Shown: positions 46,476 through 56,266 of the stretch, one piece after another
Layout: the number at the start of each line of letters is the position of its first letter
How positions within the stretch are numbered: the first letter of the stretch is position 1
DNA from: a virus
Lineage: Duplodnaviria > Caudoviricetes
DNA length: 64,000 bases
Strand: one strand, 5' to 3'
IMG/VR virus record: IMGVR_UViG_3300049988_000118
Span: 9,989 to 73,988 of that record
Position numbers and translations under genes: made by a program
Notes under the pieces: generated by a model
Seen by the model: only the letters and a program-made list of their open reading frames with translations
Told to the model about the DNA's origin: nothing
Databases searched by the model: none

Positions 46476-47009
46476 ATGGCTGCCCAGTACCCCTACATCA
46501 TGGAAGCGATCGACGTGCGCCGGGCGACCCAGCCCGACAGCTCGCGGCGCCGGATCATCAAGTCGATGGCGCTGCCCGCGCTGACCCGCGTCACGGCGGA
46601 GATGATGTCGGGCGGATCGATCGCGAAGCTCAACCTGAGCTTCCCTCAGATCGAGGCGCTCGAGCCGAAGTTCTCCACCTTCGGCCCCGACCTCGACGTG
46701 CTGAAGAACTTCGGCCTCACCCCCGGCAACGCGATGGACCGGTGGGTCTTCGCCGGATCGATGCGTATCCGCAAAAGCCAGGACCCTGTGCCGGTCCGGG
46801 CGACCATCGAGGGCGTCGTCAACGCTTGGGAGCCCGACGAGAACACGCCCACGGAGCTGATGGGCTGCAACCACACCCTGGCCGAGGTGACACACTACGA
46901 GCTCGTCATCGACGGTGTGGAAATGTTCTACTTCGACGACGACGAGAACGAGGCCCGGTCGAACGGCAAGTCGTGGTTCGCAGCCACCCGCCGGGCCCTG
47001 GGCATCTGA
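46476..47009 (+). CDS. Tail tube (P2 FII-like)
   Basis: LPALTRV...GG, LEPKF, HYEL.IDG.E..YFD. Confidence 0.88.
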   Translation: MAAQYPYIMEAIDVRRATQPDSSRRRIIKSMALPALTRVTAEMMSGGSIAKLNLSFPQIEALEPKFSTFGPDLDVLKNFGLTPGNAMDRWVFAGSMRIRKSQDPVPVRATIEGVVNAWEPDENTPTELMGCNHTLAEVTHYELVIDGVEMFYFDDDENEARSNGKSWFAATRRALGI

Positions 47010-47687
47010 TCAGCCGCGGGGCGGCCGCCACCCGGCCGCCTTCGCCTCGTCCTCCGAACAAAACATCCGCTCGCCGGACTTCTCGCTGATCCGGGTCCGC
47101 TCGTAATCGCGGGTTCCGGGTACGTGATAGATCTTGTCGCCCTTCGCCGAGATATTGCCCTTAATGGCGCAGCCGCCGGCCGCGACCGCTGCCGGCGCCG
47201 TGTCTTCGCCGCCCGATCGCTTCGCCTTGCGATAGTCGCTGGGCTCCTGGAACGTCCCCGCCCAGATCCCGCGCTTCGTCGCCTTGGCGGTGGTCTCGGC
47301 CGCAACGTAGTCGGTGGAGTATCGCCGGTAGGCGATGGCGTGCCCCTGGGCGACCATCCAGGCGTTCAAGTCTTCGCTGCCCTTCCGGCATACCGCGACG
47401 GTCCGGCCATAGCGGTCGGTGTCGCGCGGCTCGCACGAGATCGGGGATTCGCCGATGCGGTCGGACAGGGCCAGCGCCGCGGCCTGGCCGCATCGGTAGT
47501 CCTTGCCCGCCGCGTCCTGGCAGGTCTGAGCGCTCTCCGGTGCGTCGATGCCGTGGAGGCGGATGCGGGTGTTCCGGATCACCACCGTGTCGCCATCGGT
47601 GACGCTGGCGCGGCCGACGATGGGTTCGGCGGCAAGGGCGGGCGTGGCGATCAGGAGGAGGGCGAAAAGGCCACGCACTCCGATCAC
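47010..47687 (-). CDS. Secreted thermonuclease (SNase) with C-terminal ExoI/sunset-like domain
   Basis: V.DGDT, RIRLHGIDAPE, DRYGRTVA, KRGIWAG; CAIKGNIS..KIYHVPG...FCSE.EA.AAGWR. Confidence 0.88.
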   Translation of the reverse strand: MIGVRGLFALLLIATPALAAEPIVGRASVTDGDTVVIRNTRIRLHGIDAPESAQTCQDAAGKDYRCGQAAALALSDRIGESPISCEPRDTDRYGRTVAVCRKGSEDLNAWMVAQGHAIAYRRYSTDYVAAETTAKATKRGIWAGTFQEPSDYRKAKRSGGEDTAPAAVAAGGCAIKGNISAKGDKIYHVPGTRDYERTRISEKSGERMFCSEDEAKAAGWRPPRG

Positions 47688-47869
47688 TTGCCGGAGCACT
47701 TCGTTTTCGAAGAGCTGAGCGAGCCGTCGTTGCAGAGGTACTTGTCGCCTTGGCAGGCTTTGACGCCGCCCTTCTTCTGCGAGCACGGATAGTTGCGAGC
47801 TTCCGCCGTGGTCCCAACCGTGAGAAGTGCGCCGGCCCCGACGAGGGCCAGCGTGAGAGCGCGAATCAT
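47684..47869 (-). CDS. Small secreted Cys-rich protein (YdcA-like)
   Basis: Signal peptide + RNYPCSQKKGGVKAC..KYLCNDGSLSSSKTKC. Confidence 0.75.
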   Translation of the reverse strand: MIRALTLALVGAGALLTVGTTAEARNYPCSQKKGGVKACQGDKYLCNDGSLSSSKTKCSGK

Positions 47870-47978
47870 TCTGTTGTTCCTCCCGTGGTTGCAGAGGATG
47901 TGCAGAGGCGAGGTGAGGACGCAAGCTCAGGATAGATCGCAAATTGTCCGTTCGGCACTCCGAGAGGTAAGCCGCGGC

Positions 47979-48461
47979 CTACTCAACGCTGAACCATATG
48001 CCGGCCACTCCTTGCGGCATCAGTTTGTAGGTTGCACCGTCCAGAATAACTTGCGTTTTTCGCCCTTCTTTGAGGCCGCGGAGAAGTTCGCGAAAAGCTT
48101 GCCCTCTTTCTTCTTTACTTGCGCTGGGCGACCAAGCGAGAATTGAAACTACTACGGCTTCAGTGAAGTAAACTGGATCTGAGTTTTTTGCGAGCATGAT
48201 CGTAAGATCGCTCGCTTTTGAAAGATCTGCGGTATCGGACGCAGCAACCGCGCCTAACTGTCCGGTCAATGAGATTGTACAAACTCGGGCCTTATCAGAA
48301 GAGCATTCTCTAAGAACCATCCGTGATTTAAATCCACCCTTCTCGGCCGCCTTGTTATAGGCTTCGTGCGCCTTTTCGATGCTTCCTAACGATACAGCGC
48401 CGGCTTCAATTGGAGCCATGGCGACCAGGGCAACAACTGCGAGCTTGAAAATGGACACCAC
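47979..48461 (-). CDS. Secreted hypothetical moron
   Basis: N-terminal signal peptide; AT-richer. Confidence 0.55.
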   Translation of the reverse strand: MVSIFKLAVVALVAMAPIEAGAVSLGSIEKAHEAYNKAAEKGGFKSRMVLRECSSDKARVCTISLTGQLGAVAASDTADLSKASDLTIMLAKNSDPVYFTEAVVVSILAWSPSASKEERGQAFRELLRGLKEGRKTQVILDGATYKLMPQGVAGIWFSVE

Positions 48462-48932
48462 GTCTCAATCTCCCCGTTATGTGAACGACAAGCCTCGCCA
48501 CGCGACGATTACGCTCGACTGGCCCATCGAGTTCGAGGGGACCACATACACCGAGATCGGGTTGCGGCGCCTGACCGCCGGCGAGGTTGCGGCGTTCATG
48601 GACACCGCGCGCGCGAAGGTCGAGGCCGACCCCGAAGCAAACCCCCGCGCGCCCATTTTCATCGACGCCGACGGTGAGCCCATCCCGGATGGTCTGTTCG
48701 ATGCCCTCGACGACGACGACGGCTTCAAGCTGGACGGGGCAGCGAAGGATTTTTTGCCCCGCCGATTCCAGGCGGTTCCAAGGGTGAGCGATTCCACCCC
48801 GATGGATGGCAGCGATACCGAGCCGACATCCTGAAGCAGATCGGCGGTACCCGGGCAGAGCTTATGGCGATGCCTTGGTCCGAGTTTTTCGACGAGTGGG
48901 TGATCGCGCGCGCGATGGCCCGGGGGCGCTAA
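48451..48932 (+). CDS. Helper tail assembly chaperone gpE-like (to 48834) with -1 frameshift extension (to 48932); exact start uncertain
   Basis: ITLDWPIEFEG...LRRL; TTTTTTG at 48750-48756; -1 frame ends TAA 48930-48932, 3 nt before TMP. Confidence 0.85.
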
Positions 48933-48935
48933 TCG

Positions 48936-51842
48936 ATGGCCAACCGTACCGCGACCCTCACCGCGCGTCTTATCGACGACATCAGCGGCCCTGCCAAAGG
49001 GGCTGCCGGTGCGCTGAAGGGGCTCGGTGCGTCCGCCGGCGAACTGAACAAGCTCGGCGCAGCCAACCCGAAGCTTGGGAAGCTGCTGGCCGATCTCGAA
49101 AGGCTGAAAGCCGCTCAGAAGGGCATCGGCGATTATCGGGATGCCGGTCGGTCGTGGATGGATCTGGGCAAGCGGCTGCGCTCGACCCAGGACGAAATCA
49201 AGCAGACCCTCACGGCCCTCGACCAAGCGAAGAAGAAAGCCGCGTCCTTCGACGGGGTGAAGGGGTTCGCTCGCGGTGGCGCCATCGCCAAGGAGATGGC
49301 CGACGCCCGTAAGGAGGTCGTCCGCCTCGAGAGCACCTACAAGAACCTCCAGCGCGACGCTGCCGGCGTTGCGGCCGCCTTCGAGAAGCAGGGGCAGGCG
49401 ACCCGCGGACTGAAGGCTGGCCTGCTGGAAGCGGGCGTTTCGCTCAAGAGCCTGCGTACCGCCGAATCCGGGGTGAAGGCCGCGATCGACGCGACCACTT
49501 CGTCGATCGAGCGGCAGGCCAACGCCATCCGGCAGAACGCCGCTGCTACGGATCGGATGCGGGAGAGCGCACGGGCGCAGCTTCGTGCCGCCGTTGAGAG
49601 CGGAAAGGCCCAGCGCCGCGAGCGCCAGGAGGCGCAGGCCGCCGCCGTCAAGGCGCGGGAGCACGCCACGCTGGAGCACCAGGCTCTACGGGACCGGCGC
49701 TTGGGCGCTGTCGGCGCCACCGCTGGAATCGTGGGGGGCTACAAGGCCAAGGAGTTCGGGGTCAACGCGATCAACCAAGCCGCCGACATGGACATCGCTG
49801 TCCGCAAACAGCGGATCGCGACCGACGTCACGGAGGCCATGCAGAACCGGTTGCTGATCCCGCAGGCCAAGCGGATCGGCCAGGACACCCAGTATTCGAA
49901 CATCGACATCGTCAAGGCGCAGACCGCGACGATGCAGAGCCTGCCCTTCAACGATGCCGACCTAAAAGCTGAGATCGGCGCCGGCATCATCGGCGAGGTG
50001 AAAAACTACGCGCAGATCATGGAAGCGGACATGACGCGCTCGGCCGAGGGCCTGCGGTCGTTTTTGCAGACTACGAACAAGGACATCTCATCGAAGGAAA
50101 AGGCCATCGCCGAGGCCACGCGCGGCACCAACCTGTTGGTGAAGATGGCCAAGCGGGGCGGCATGTCGGACGACGACGTGCAGGCCTTCGTGAAGTTCGG
50201 GTTTCCGACCGCCACCCAGGCAGGGTTCACCGACACCACCACTGCGGCCCTCGGATCGGTCGGCCGACGCGGTGGCTTGCGCGGTGATGAGCTCGGCGTG
50301 TTCGTGCGTGCCGCGGCCTCGAAGCTCATCGCACCAACTCAGAAAGGTCGCGAGGCCGAGATCGCGGCCGGCATTGATCGCGACAAGTACACGCGTATGC
50401 CGGGCGGTCTCAGCACCGACACGCTGGAGAAGTTTCAGAAAAACCGCTTCGGCAAGTCCTTCAGCGATGATCAGCGCGCGCGGATCACCGGCATCATTCA
50501 GAACGAGGATACAGGTCTCCCCGAACGGGAAGACTTCATTACGCAAATCTCGGCTATCGTATCCGAGAGCTTTGATAAGACGAAGAAGGGAAAAACCAAA
50601 GCCCAGGATGCCCAGAAGATAGCTAAAATGGTTGGCGACTTCTACAAGATGTCGGTTGAAAGTACCGATATCGAAGGCCTGCTGCGAGAGCATCTTGCCA
50701 ACCCCCGCATGACGCCCGCCCTCCGGAACGCGTTCTGGACGGACAAGCACGGCGGCAAGATGGGCGTCATCGCCAACAAGTCCGACCAGCTGCGCGAGGA
50801 TAAGGCGGAACTGGACCACGTGACCCAAGATCCCGGGTTCGCCGCGCGCAAGGCGGTCGAGATCATGGCCGGCATGGGCGGTTCGCTGAACCAGCTGAAG
50901 GGCGCGGTCGAGACGCTCACCCTGTCGTTTGGTGAAGCGAACTCCAGCATCGCCAAGAGCGGCTTCGACAAGCTCTCGGGTGTCGCCGAGGCCCTCACTG
51001 CGCTGCCGGATGGAGCGAAACAGGCAGCAACGGCGCTCGCGGCCGTTGGGGCGACCTACGGCGCCGTGAAGGGCGTTCAAGGCTTCCTCGGCGGCTTCGG
51101 CCTTGCCGCGTCCGCGACGGCGCTCGACGGCTCGGCTGCCGCCCTGACGGCCGCTGCCGTGAAGCTCGGGGCAACCGGCGGCCTGCCGGACGTGCCGGGC
51201 GGGGCGAGCAAGGGCGGCAAGGCCGGCCGGTTCGGAAAGCTCGGGGGCCTGGGCTTCATCGGTGCCGCCGGTCTTGGCGTCGGCGCAGTCGCGCTCGCGG
51301 CCGATTTGCTCGACCAGAACGATCCTCACGCCAATCGCGCGAACGGGTATCGCGGCGGGCGGGGCCGGCCGAACCTACAGTCCTACCCCTCATCGTGGGG
51401 TGCGGGAGGTACGAACGTTTCGGCCGGCATGGGCGTCCCGGGTGGCGGCTACTCCACCAATCGGCCCAAGACTTGGAACGAGACGCTCTTCGGCGGGACG
51501 GCCACCTTCCGCGGCGGCCGCGATCCCACGAAGGTCGACCTGCCGATTCCGGCCAGCATGGGCAACGCCACGCCGAAAGTGGACGTGTCGTCGGTCGAAG
51601 CGGTGAAGCCGAAGGCGGATGAGGCCAAGGCGGCAATTGAGGGTCTCAACGTCACCGCAACGCCCAACATCGTTGCCACGTCCATCATGGCCGCCAACGC
51701 CGCCGTGCTGGAGCTGCTCGGCAATCTCAACCGCGTCCCTGGCGCGGTTGCAGCTGGCGTGGCGGCAGCAACGGCCGGCGCAGCGAAAACCGGCAACGTC
51801 GCACAGCGCCTCCAGAACGCGCGCACCGACACGGGGATGTAG
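48936..51842 (+). CDS. Helper tape measure protein (968 aa)
   Basis: Long helical Ala-rich ORF between chaperone and gpU. Confidence 0.92.
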   Translation: MANRTATLTARLIDDISGPAKGAAGALKGLGASAGELNKLGAANPKLGKLLADLERLKAAQKGIGDYRDAGRSWMDLGKRLRSTQDEIKQTLTALDQAKKKAASFDGVKGFARGGAIAKEMADARKEVVRLESTYKNLQRDAAGVAAAFEKQGQATRGLKAGLLEAGVSLKSLRTAESGVKAAIDATTSSIERQANAIRQNAAATDRMRESARAQLRAAVESGKAQRRERQEAQAAAVKAREHATLEHQALRDRRLGAVGATAGIVGGYKAKEFGVNAINQAADMDIAVRKQRIATDVTEAMQNRLLIPQAKRIGQDTQYSNIDIVKAQTATMQSLPFNDADLKAEIGAGIIGEVKNYAQIMEADMTRSAEGLRSFLQTTNKDISSKEKAIAEATRGTNLLVKMAKRGGMSDDDVQAFVKFGFPTATQAGFTDTTTAALGSVGRRGGLRGDELGVFVRAAASKLIAPTQKGREAEIAAGIDRDKYTRMPGGLSTDTLEKFQKNRFGKSFSDDQRARITGIIQNEDTGLPEREDFITQISAIVSESFDKTKKGKTKAQDAQKIAKMVGDFYKMSVESTDIEGLLREHLANPRMTPALRNAFWTDKHGGKMGVIANKSDQLREDKAELDHVTQDPGFAARKAVEIMAGMGGSLNQLKGAVETLTLSFGEANSSIAKSGFDKLSGVAEALTALPDGAKQAATALAAVGATYGAVKGVQGFLGGFGLAASATALDGSAAALTAAAVKLGATGGLPDVPGGASKGGKAGRFGKLGGLGFIGAAGLGVGAVALAADLLDQNDPHANRANGYRGGRGRPNLQSYPSSWGAGGTNVSAGMGVPGGGYSTNRPKTWNETLFGGTATFRGGRDPTKVDLPIPASMGNATPKVDVSSVEAVKPKADEAKAAIEGLNVTATPNIVATSIMAANAAVLELLGNLNRVPGAVAAGVAAATAGAAKTGNVAQRLQNARTDTGM

Positions 51843-51845
51843 CGG

Positions 51846-52292
51846 ATGCTGTTCATCGTCGGCCCGCTGGTCATCTCCCGGCGTCCCTACAACATCGAGG
51901 AGTGGGACCGGGAGACGAACGCCTCGTGGGCGAAGCAGGATCTCCTCGACCGCCGGCCCGACCGTCAGTTCACCGGTGAGGGCGACGAGACACTCAACCT
52001 TTCCGGCACCCTGTACCCGTTCAACCGGAACGCCCTCGCCGGCCTGTCGAGCCTGGAGCTCGCGGAATCGCTGTGCCGCGCGGGCCAGCCCGTGTTCGTC
52101 ACCCGGGGCGACGGTCAGGTTTTCGGCTTCTACGCGATCGAGAGCGTGAAGCAGAGCAACAGCGCCATCGGTCCGCAGACCGGGGGCGTCGGCCAGGCGA
52201 TCAAGCACGAGCTGAAGCTGGTCCCCGTGGGCCAGCCCAGCGCCACCGTCGGCGCCAACATGCTGTCCGACCTCATCAGCCTCTTCGGGTAG
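51846..52292 (+). CDS. P2 gpU-like tail protein
   Basis: WA..D.L.RRP..QFTGEG.ETL.LSG.L.P. Confidence 0.88.
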   Translation: MLFIVGPLVISRRPYNIEEWDRETNASWAKQDLLDRRPDRQFTGEGDETLNLSGTLYPFNRNALAGLSSLELAESLCRAGQPVFVTRGDGQVFGFYAIESVKQSNSAIGPQTGGVGQAIKHELKLVPVGQPSATVGANMLSDLISLFG

Positions 52293-52299
52293 CAGCGCC

Positions 52300-52539
52300 A
52301 TGGCCACGCCGATCACGGTCAAGCGGGACTACCTGACGGTCGAGCTACTGCTATGGCAGCACGGCAAGCGCCGCGGCGCGACCTCGGCCCGACTGTCGGA
52401 GACCCTGGAGATGAATCCGGGCCTCGCCGCCCTCGGCCCGTACCTGCCGCTCGGTACCGTGGTGGTGATCCCCGACCTGCCGCCGATCTCTGACCGCACC
52501 GCTATGGCGCCGGCGGCCGTGTCCCTGTTCGACGACTGA
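52300..52539 (+). CDS. P2 gpX-like tail protein
   Basis: LEMNPGLAALGPYLPLGT.V.IP. Confidence 0.88.
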   Translation: MATPITVKRDYLTVELLLWQHGKRRGATSARLSETLEMNPGLAALGPYLPLGTVVVIPDLPPISDRTAMAPAAVSLFDD

Positions 52540-52546
52540 GGCCGCG

Positions 52547-53590
52547 ATGCCCCTGACCGTTCCCTGGTCCATCTCCATCGCCGGCAAGCCCGCGACGAGT
52601 GCGTTCAACCCCTACGTCGTGGAGATCGAGGTCACCGACGGCTCGGGCGAGGACGGAGATTCCGCCCGGATCACCCTGCGCGACGATGGCCGGATCATCA
52701 TGCCCCGCAAGGGAGCCGAGATCACCATCAGCATCATGGGGCAGCAGGTCTTCACCGGTATCCTGAAATCGCCCCGCTGCACCACCGCCAAGGGCCAGGG
52801 CGGGCTGATGATGCTCAACGCCACCGGCCACGACACCGAGGGCAAGGGCAAAGAGGGGCAGCGGTTCGTCAAGGAGGACGGCACCCTCGAGGAGTACCTC
52901 ACCGGGCTCGGCAAGAAGGCCGGGTTCACGGTGAAAATCGACCCGGCCCTGGCGAAGATCAAGCGCACCCTCTGGGCCTCGGACGGACGCTCGTTCCTCC
53001 ACCACGCCCAGCAGCTCGCCACCGAAAACGGCGCCACCCTCAAGATCTCAGGCAAGAAGGCGGTGATCGCCAAGCGCGGGGCCGGGATGACGCCGTCGGG
53101 CAAGGCGCTCCCGACGATCCGGGCGACGGCTGGCGTGAACCTGATCTCGGCCGACATCGAGCCGTTCGAGGCCAGCGCGGTCTACCGCGACGTGCGGTTC
53201 TCGTTCTTCGACCGGAAGAAGGCGAAGTTCGAGGAGGAGAAGGCCGACATCCGGACTGGTACTGGCGCCTCCGGAGGAGCCACGGCGGTCCTGCGGGGCA
53301 AGGCGGCCGACAAGCAGGACGCCAAGGACCGGAGCGAGGGACGGAAGAACGAGGCCGAGCGCGACAAAGGCGGCGGCTCCGTTGAGATCCAGATCGAGCC
53401 CCTGGCCAAGGCCGAGGGCACCTGCATCCTCGCGGGCGTGAGGGCCGGCATCGGTGGCAGCTACCGGATCGAGAGCGCGACCCACACCCTGCGCGCGGCC
53501 GAGAGCGGTGGTGCGAGCACGAAGCTCACGCTGAAGCAGCCCGACGACAAAGCCGGCAAGGACGACCGCAAGGCCGGCGACACCGAATAG
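52547..53590 (+). CDS. P2 gpD-like baseplate hub / late control protein
   Basis: TDG.G.D.D.A.I.L.D, SD..FL..LA..NGA.LK. Confidence 0.88.
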   Translation: MPLTVPWSISIAGKPATSAFNPYVVEIEVTDGSGEDGDSARITLRDDGRIIMPRKGAEITISIMGQQVFTGILKSPRCTTAKGQGGLMMLNATGHDTEGKGKEGQRFVKEDGTLEEYLTGLGKKAGFTVKIDPALAKIKRTLWASDGRSFLHHAQQLATENGATLKISGKKAVIAKRGAGMTPSGKALPTIRATAGVNLISADIEPFEASAVYRDVRFSFFDRKKAKFEEEKADIRTGTGASGGATAVLRGKAADKQDAKDRSEGRKNEAERDKGGGSVEIQIEPLAKAEGTCILAGVRAGIGGSYRIESATHTLRAAESGGASTKLTLKQPDDKAGKDDRKAGDTE

Positions 53591-53601
53591 GACTGCGCAG
53601 C

Positions 53602-53967
53602 ATGACGGCTTCCCCCGCGCCCCTCCAGGTGCCGCAGCGCGACGTCGCGATCTGGCGCGGCGACGACGACCCGCCCCTCGTCTGGGAATTCGGCGATACC
53701 TCGACGCCTGACATTCTGCAGGGCTCGACGTTCCTGCTCATCGTCCAATCAACGGGCTACGAGGTGGCCCTCCGATCGGAAGATCCGGCCTCCACCCTCA
53801 CCGTCGACGTTGCGGCTCGAACCGTGACCTGGGCCTACACACAAGCGGAGTCGGCCGCGCTCCCTCAGGGACCGGCCCGATACGAGCTGAAACGGATCAT
53901 CGCGGGCAAGACGCGCACCTGGGTTTGGGGCGCGCTCAGGGTCATGTCGGGGTTGCTCCATGCCTGA
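53602..53967 (+). CDS. Virion accessory protein (BppU-like N-domain?)
   Basis: WRGDD..L.W.F pattern; position only. Confidence 0.45.
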   Translation: MTASPAPLQVPQRDVAIWRGDDDPPLVWEFGDTSTPDILQGSTFLLIVQSTGYEVALRSEDPASTLTVDVAARTVTWAYTQAESAALPQGPARYELKRIIAGKTRTWVWGALRVMSGLLHA

Positions 53968-54589
53968 GTTTCCGGCGGTTCGGGTTCCTGCGATCTCGTG
54001 CGTGGCGGCCACCCTCGTGTCTGCACCTATGGTGCCGCCCGTCGCGATCGTGCGGCCCGGGCCCATCGGTCCGGCCGGCGGCCCCGGTCCGGAAGGCCCC
54101 GCCGGCGCCCCCGGCAACTATGGCGCCGTCCGCTTCGGCGAGATGATGGGCGCCGCCGTCACCGACATGGAGGCGAACACCGACACCGCCTTTATCGTCA
54201 CGGCGCCGCGCGAGGTCTTTAACGGGCTGCAGGGGCCGTTCCACGGCTTCGACTTCCTCGACGAGGCCGGCGTGCTGCGCGCGCGCAAGGCCGGCGATTC
54301 CTACCAGCTGTCCCTGCGCGTCACCGCGATCCCGCAGCTGTTCGGCGGCTGGATCAAGATCGGCATCTACATCGCCGGCAACATCTCCGGCCTCGACGGG
54401 GCCACGTCGGAGCGCACCGTGCCGCTCACCGAAGCCGCCGGCACCCCGCATCGGATCGACGAGCTGTTCCAAGTCTTCCCGCGCGCCGGGTTCATCGCCA
54501 ACGGCGCGGTGATCATGCTGCGCGCGTCCGTGCCGGTCCGCCTGTCCCAAGAGACCCTATTCGTGACACCCCTGGTGGCCGCGCCGTGA
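53960..54589 (+). CDS. Protein with short collagen-like repeat
   Basis: GPIGPAGGPGPEGPAGAPG. Confidence 0.6.
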   Translation: MPEFPAVRVPAISCVAATLVSAPMVPPVAIVRPGPIGPAGGPGPEGPAGAPGNYGAVRFGEMMGAAVTDMEANTDTAFIVTAPREVFNGLQGPFHGFDFLDEAGVLRARKAGDSYQLSLRVTAIPQLFGGWIKIGIYIAGNISGLDGATSERTVPLTEAAGTPHRIDELFQVFPRAGFIANGAVIMLRASVPVRLSQETLFVTPLVAAP

Positions 54590-55191
54590 TCCTCGTCCAG
54601 TACCTGCCCGATCGGAACGTCCTGTGCGTCACGGGCGTGGCGACGCCGTTCCCCGCAGGCTCGCTCGAGGCGCGCCGCCAGGGCGACATGCTCGCCGTCG
54701 CTTCGCCGCACGAGGACTACCTGCTGACGCAGTGGACCGTCTTCAGCAGGTGGATCCGTCCGAACGGCCAGCCCTTCACCTCGACGGACGAGGCCTTCGC
54801 CTACCTTGATGCGACGTGCCGGGAGAAGCGTCCGGTCGGCTTGCCGCCGATCACCTTCACGGCCGGCGAGCCCCTGAGCGGACACCGGGCCGTGCGCCTC
54901 GCCGGATCCGGCACCGTGCGTGTCGCCTCCGCCGACGACATCGCCCAGGCCGGGCTCGTCGCGGGCGTCACGCTGCATGCAGCCGAAGAGGGCGAGCCGG
55001 TCGCGGTGGCCATCGTCGGAGAGGTCGTCGAGCCGTCGTGGTCCTTCGCCCCCGGCCCCGTATTCCTCGGCCTCAACGGCGCCCTCGTTCAGGCCCCGCC
55101 CGCCTCCGGCTTCGTCCAGCCCATGGGCACCGCCATCACGCCGACCCGGCTCATCGTCGAGCGCGGCGCCCCGATCATCCTCGCGCAGTAG
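54586..55191 (+). CDS. Putative virion cement/fibre-base protein (DUF2190-like C-domain)
   Basis: AGE.LSGHRAV...G...A...GE.V.V...G...W...PGPVFL. Confidence 0.5.
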   Translation: MILVQYLPDRNVLCVTGVATPFPAGSLEARRQGDMLAVASPHEDYLLTQWTVFSRWIRPNGQPFTSTDEAFAYLDATCREKRPVGLPPITFTAGEPLSGHRAVRLAGSGTVRVASADDIAQAGLVAGVTLHAAEEGEPVAVAIVGEVVEPSWSFAPGPVFLGLNGALVQAPPASGFVQPMGTAITPTRLIVERGAPIILAQ

Positions 55192-55200
55192 GAGCCTGCC

Positions 55201-55713
55201 ATGCCGGCCAAGAAGTACCTCGTCGCCCAGAACGGCCAGACCGCCGAGAGGTTCGCCACCGTCGTCAGCACCGGCGCGGCCAACGGGGGCGACATCCTCG
55301 CCGCCGACGACACGGGCCGCCTCGATGTCAGCGTCCTGCCTGTCGGCGTCGGCCCTGACGTGGCGAGCCTGCCGACCACCGAAGCCCTGGCCGCGGGCGA
55401 CTTCGTGAACCTCTACTCCAACGCCGGCGCGTTCGCGGTCCGCAAGGCCGATGCATCCGCGGCCGGCAAGGAGGCCCACGGCTACGTCCTGGGAGCCGTC
55501 ACGTCCGGCGCCACGGCCACCGTTTACTTCGACGGGCGCAACACCGCCGTCTCCGGCCAGTCGCCGGGCGTCGTGTTCCTGTCCGCCACCAACGCCGGCA
55601 AGGGCACCGCCACCTGTCCCACCGGCGCCGGCCAGATCCAGCAGCGCCTCGGCGTCGCGGTCGCGGCCACGGAGTTGAACTTCGAGGCGACGCCGCCGAT
55701 CCTGCTGGCGTAA
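55201..55713 (+). CDS. Putative virion cement protein (DUF2190-like)
   Basis: EALAAGDFVN..., G..ATVYFDG, PGVVFLS, QRLGVA. Confidence 0.55.
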   Translation: MPAKKYLVAQNGQTAERFATVVSTGAANGGDILAADDTGRLDVSVLPVGVGPDVASLPTTEALAAGDFVNLYSNAGAFAVRKADASAAGKEAHGYVLGAVTSGATATVYFDGRNTAVSGQSPGVVFLSATNAGKGTATCPTGAGQIQQRLGVAVAATELNFEATPPILLA

Positions 55714-55719
55714 CCCGCC

Positions 55720-56091
55720 ATGGCGCGCCGCCGTCCCCTCGTCGCCGGATCGGGCCAGCCCAGCGAGCTGTCTGCCGGCGACCGCCTCACTGGCCTCTGG
55801 GCCAAGGCCATCGCCGTCCCCGTCGGCGGCACGGTCTCCGTCACGATCCCGGCGGGGATCTTCGCAGCCCTGCCGGTGGTCAGCCATTCGATCCAGAGCA
55901 CGGGCACCCGGGACTACGTCCTGCGGATCTCCGGCCTCGCCCTCAACGCCGACAAAACCATCACCCTCACGGGCGTGGTCCGGCAGTCCCGAATGCTCCC
56001 CGGAACGCTGCTGGTGTCCGGAGGGAATGAGACCTTCGAGACGTTGGCGAGTGCCGTGACGCTGCATCTGGTGGCGATGGAGAGCGATTGA
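55720..56091 (+). CDS. Hypothetical virion protein
   Basis: Operon context. Confidence 0.45.
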   Translation: MARRRPLVAGSGQPSELSAGDRLTGLWAKAIAVPVGGTVSVTIPAGIFAALPVVSHSIQSTGTRDYVLRISGLALNADKTITLTGVVRQSRMLPGTLLVSGGNETFETLASAVTLHLVAMESD

Positions 56092-56266
56092 TGCCTTTCG
56101 CCATGACCGACACCGAGCGCGCCTACTGCACCCTCTGCTGGACCGTCTGGATGGCGGGGGTGGAGCTTTGGTTCGAGCGGTGGGGCTCCCCTCCTAAGCT
56201 CCCCTCCTAACGATCCCCCGCGCCGGCCGGGCAACGCCGCGCGATCCCCGCACCCGGAGAAAAACC

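Noticed and set aside
32215-53590. Tailocin/eCIS or gene transfer agent
   Set aside because: It is the continuation of the same phage late operon, with head, packaging and replication genes.
56185-56210. 13-bp tandem repeat GCTCCCCTCCTAA x2
   Set aside because: Likely a simple slippage duplication in an intergenic spacer; no function inferable.
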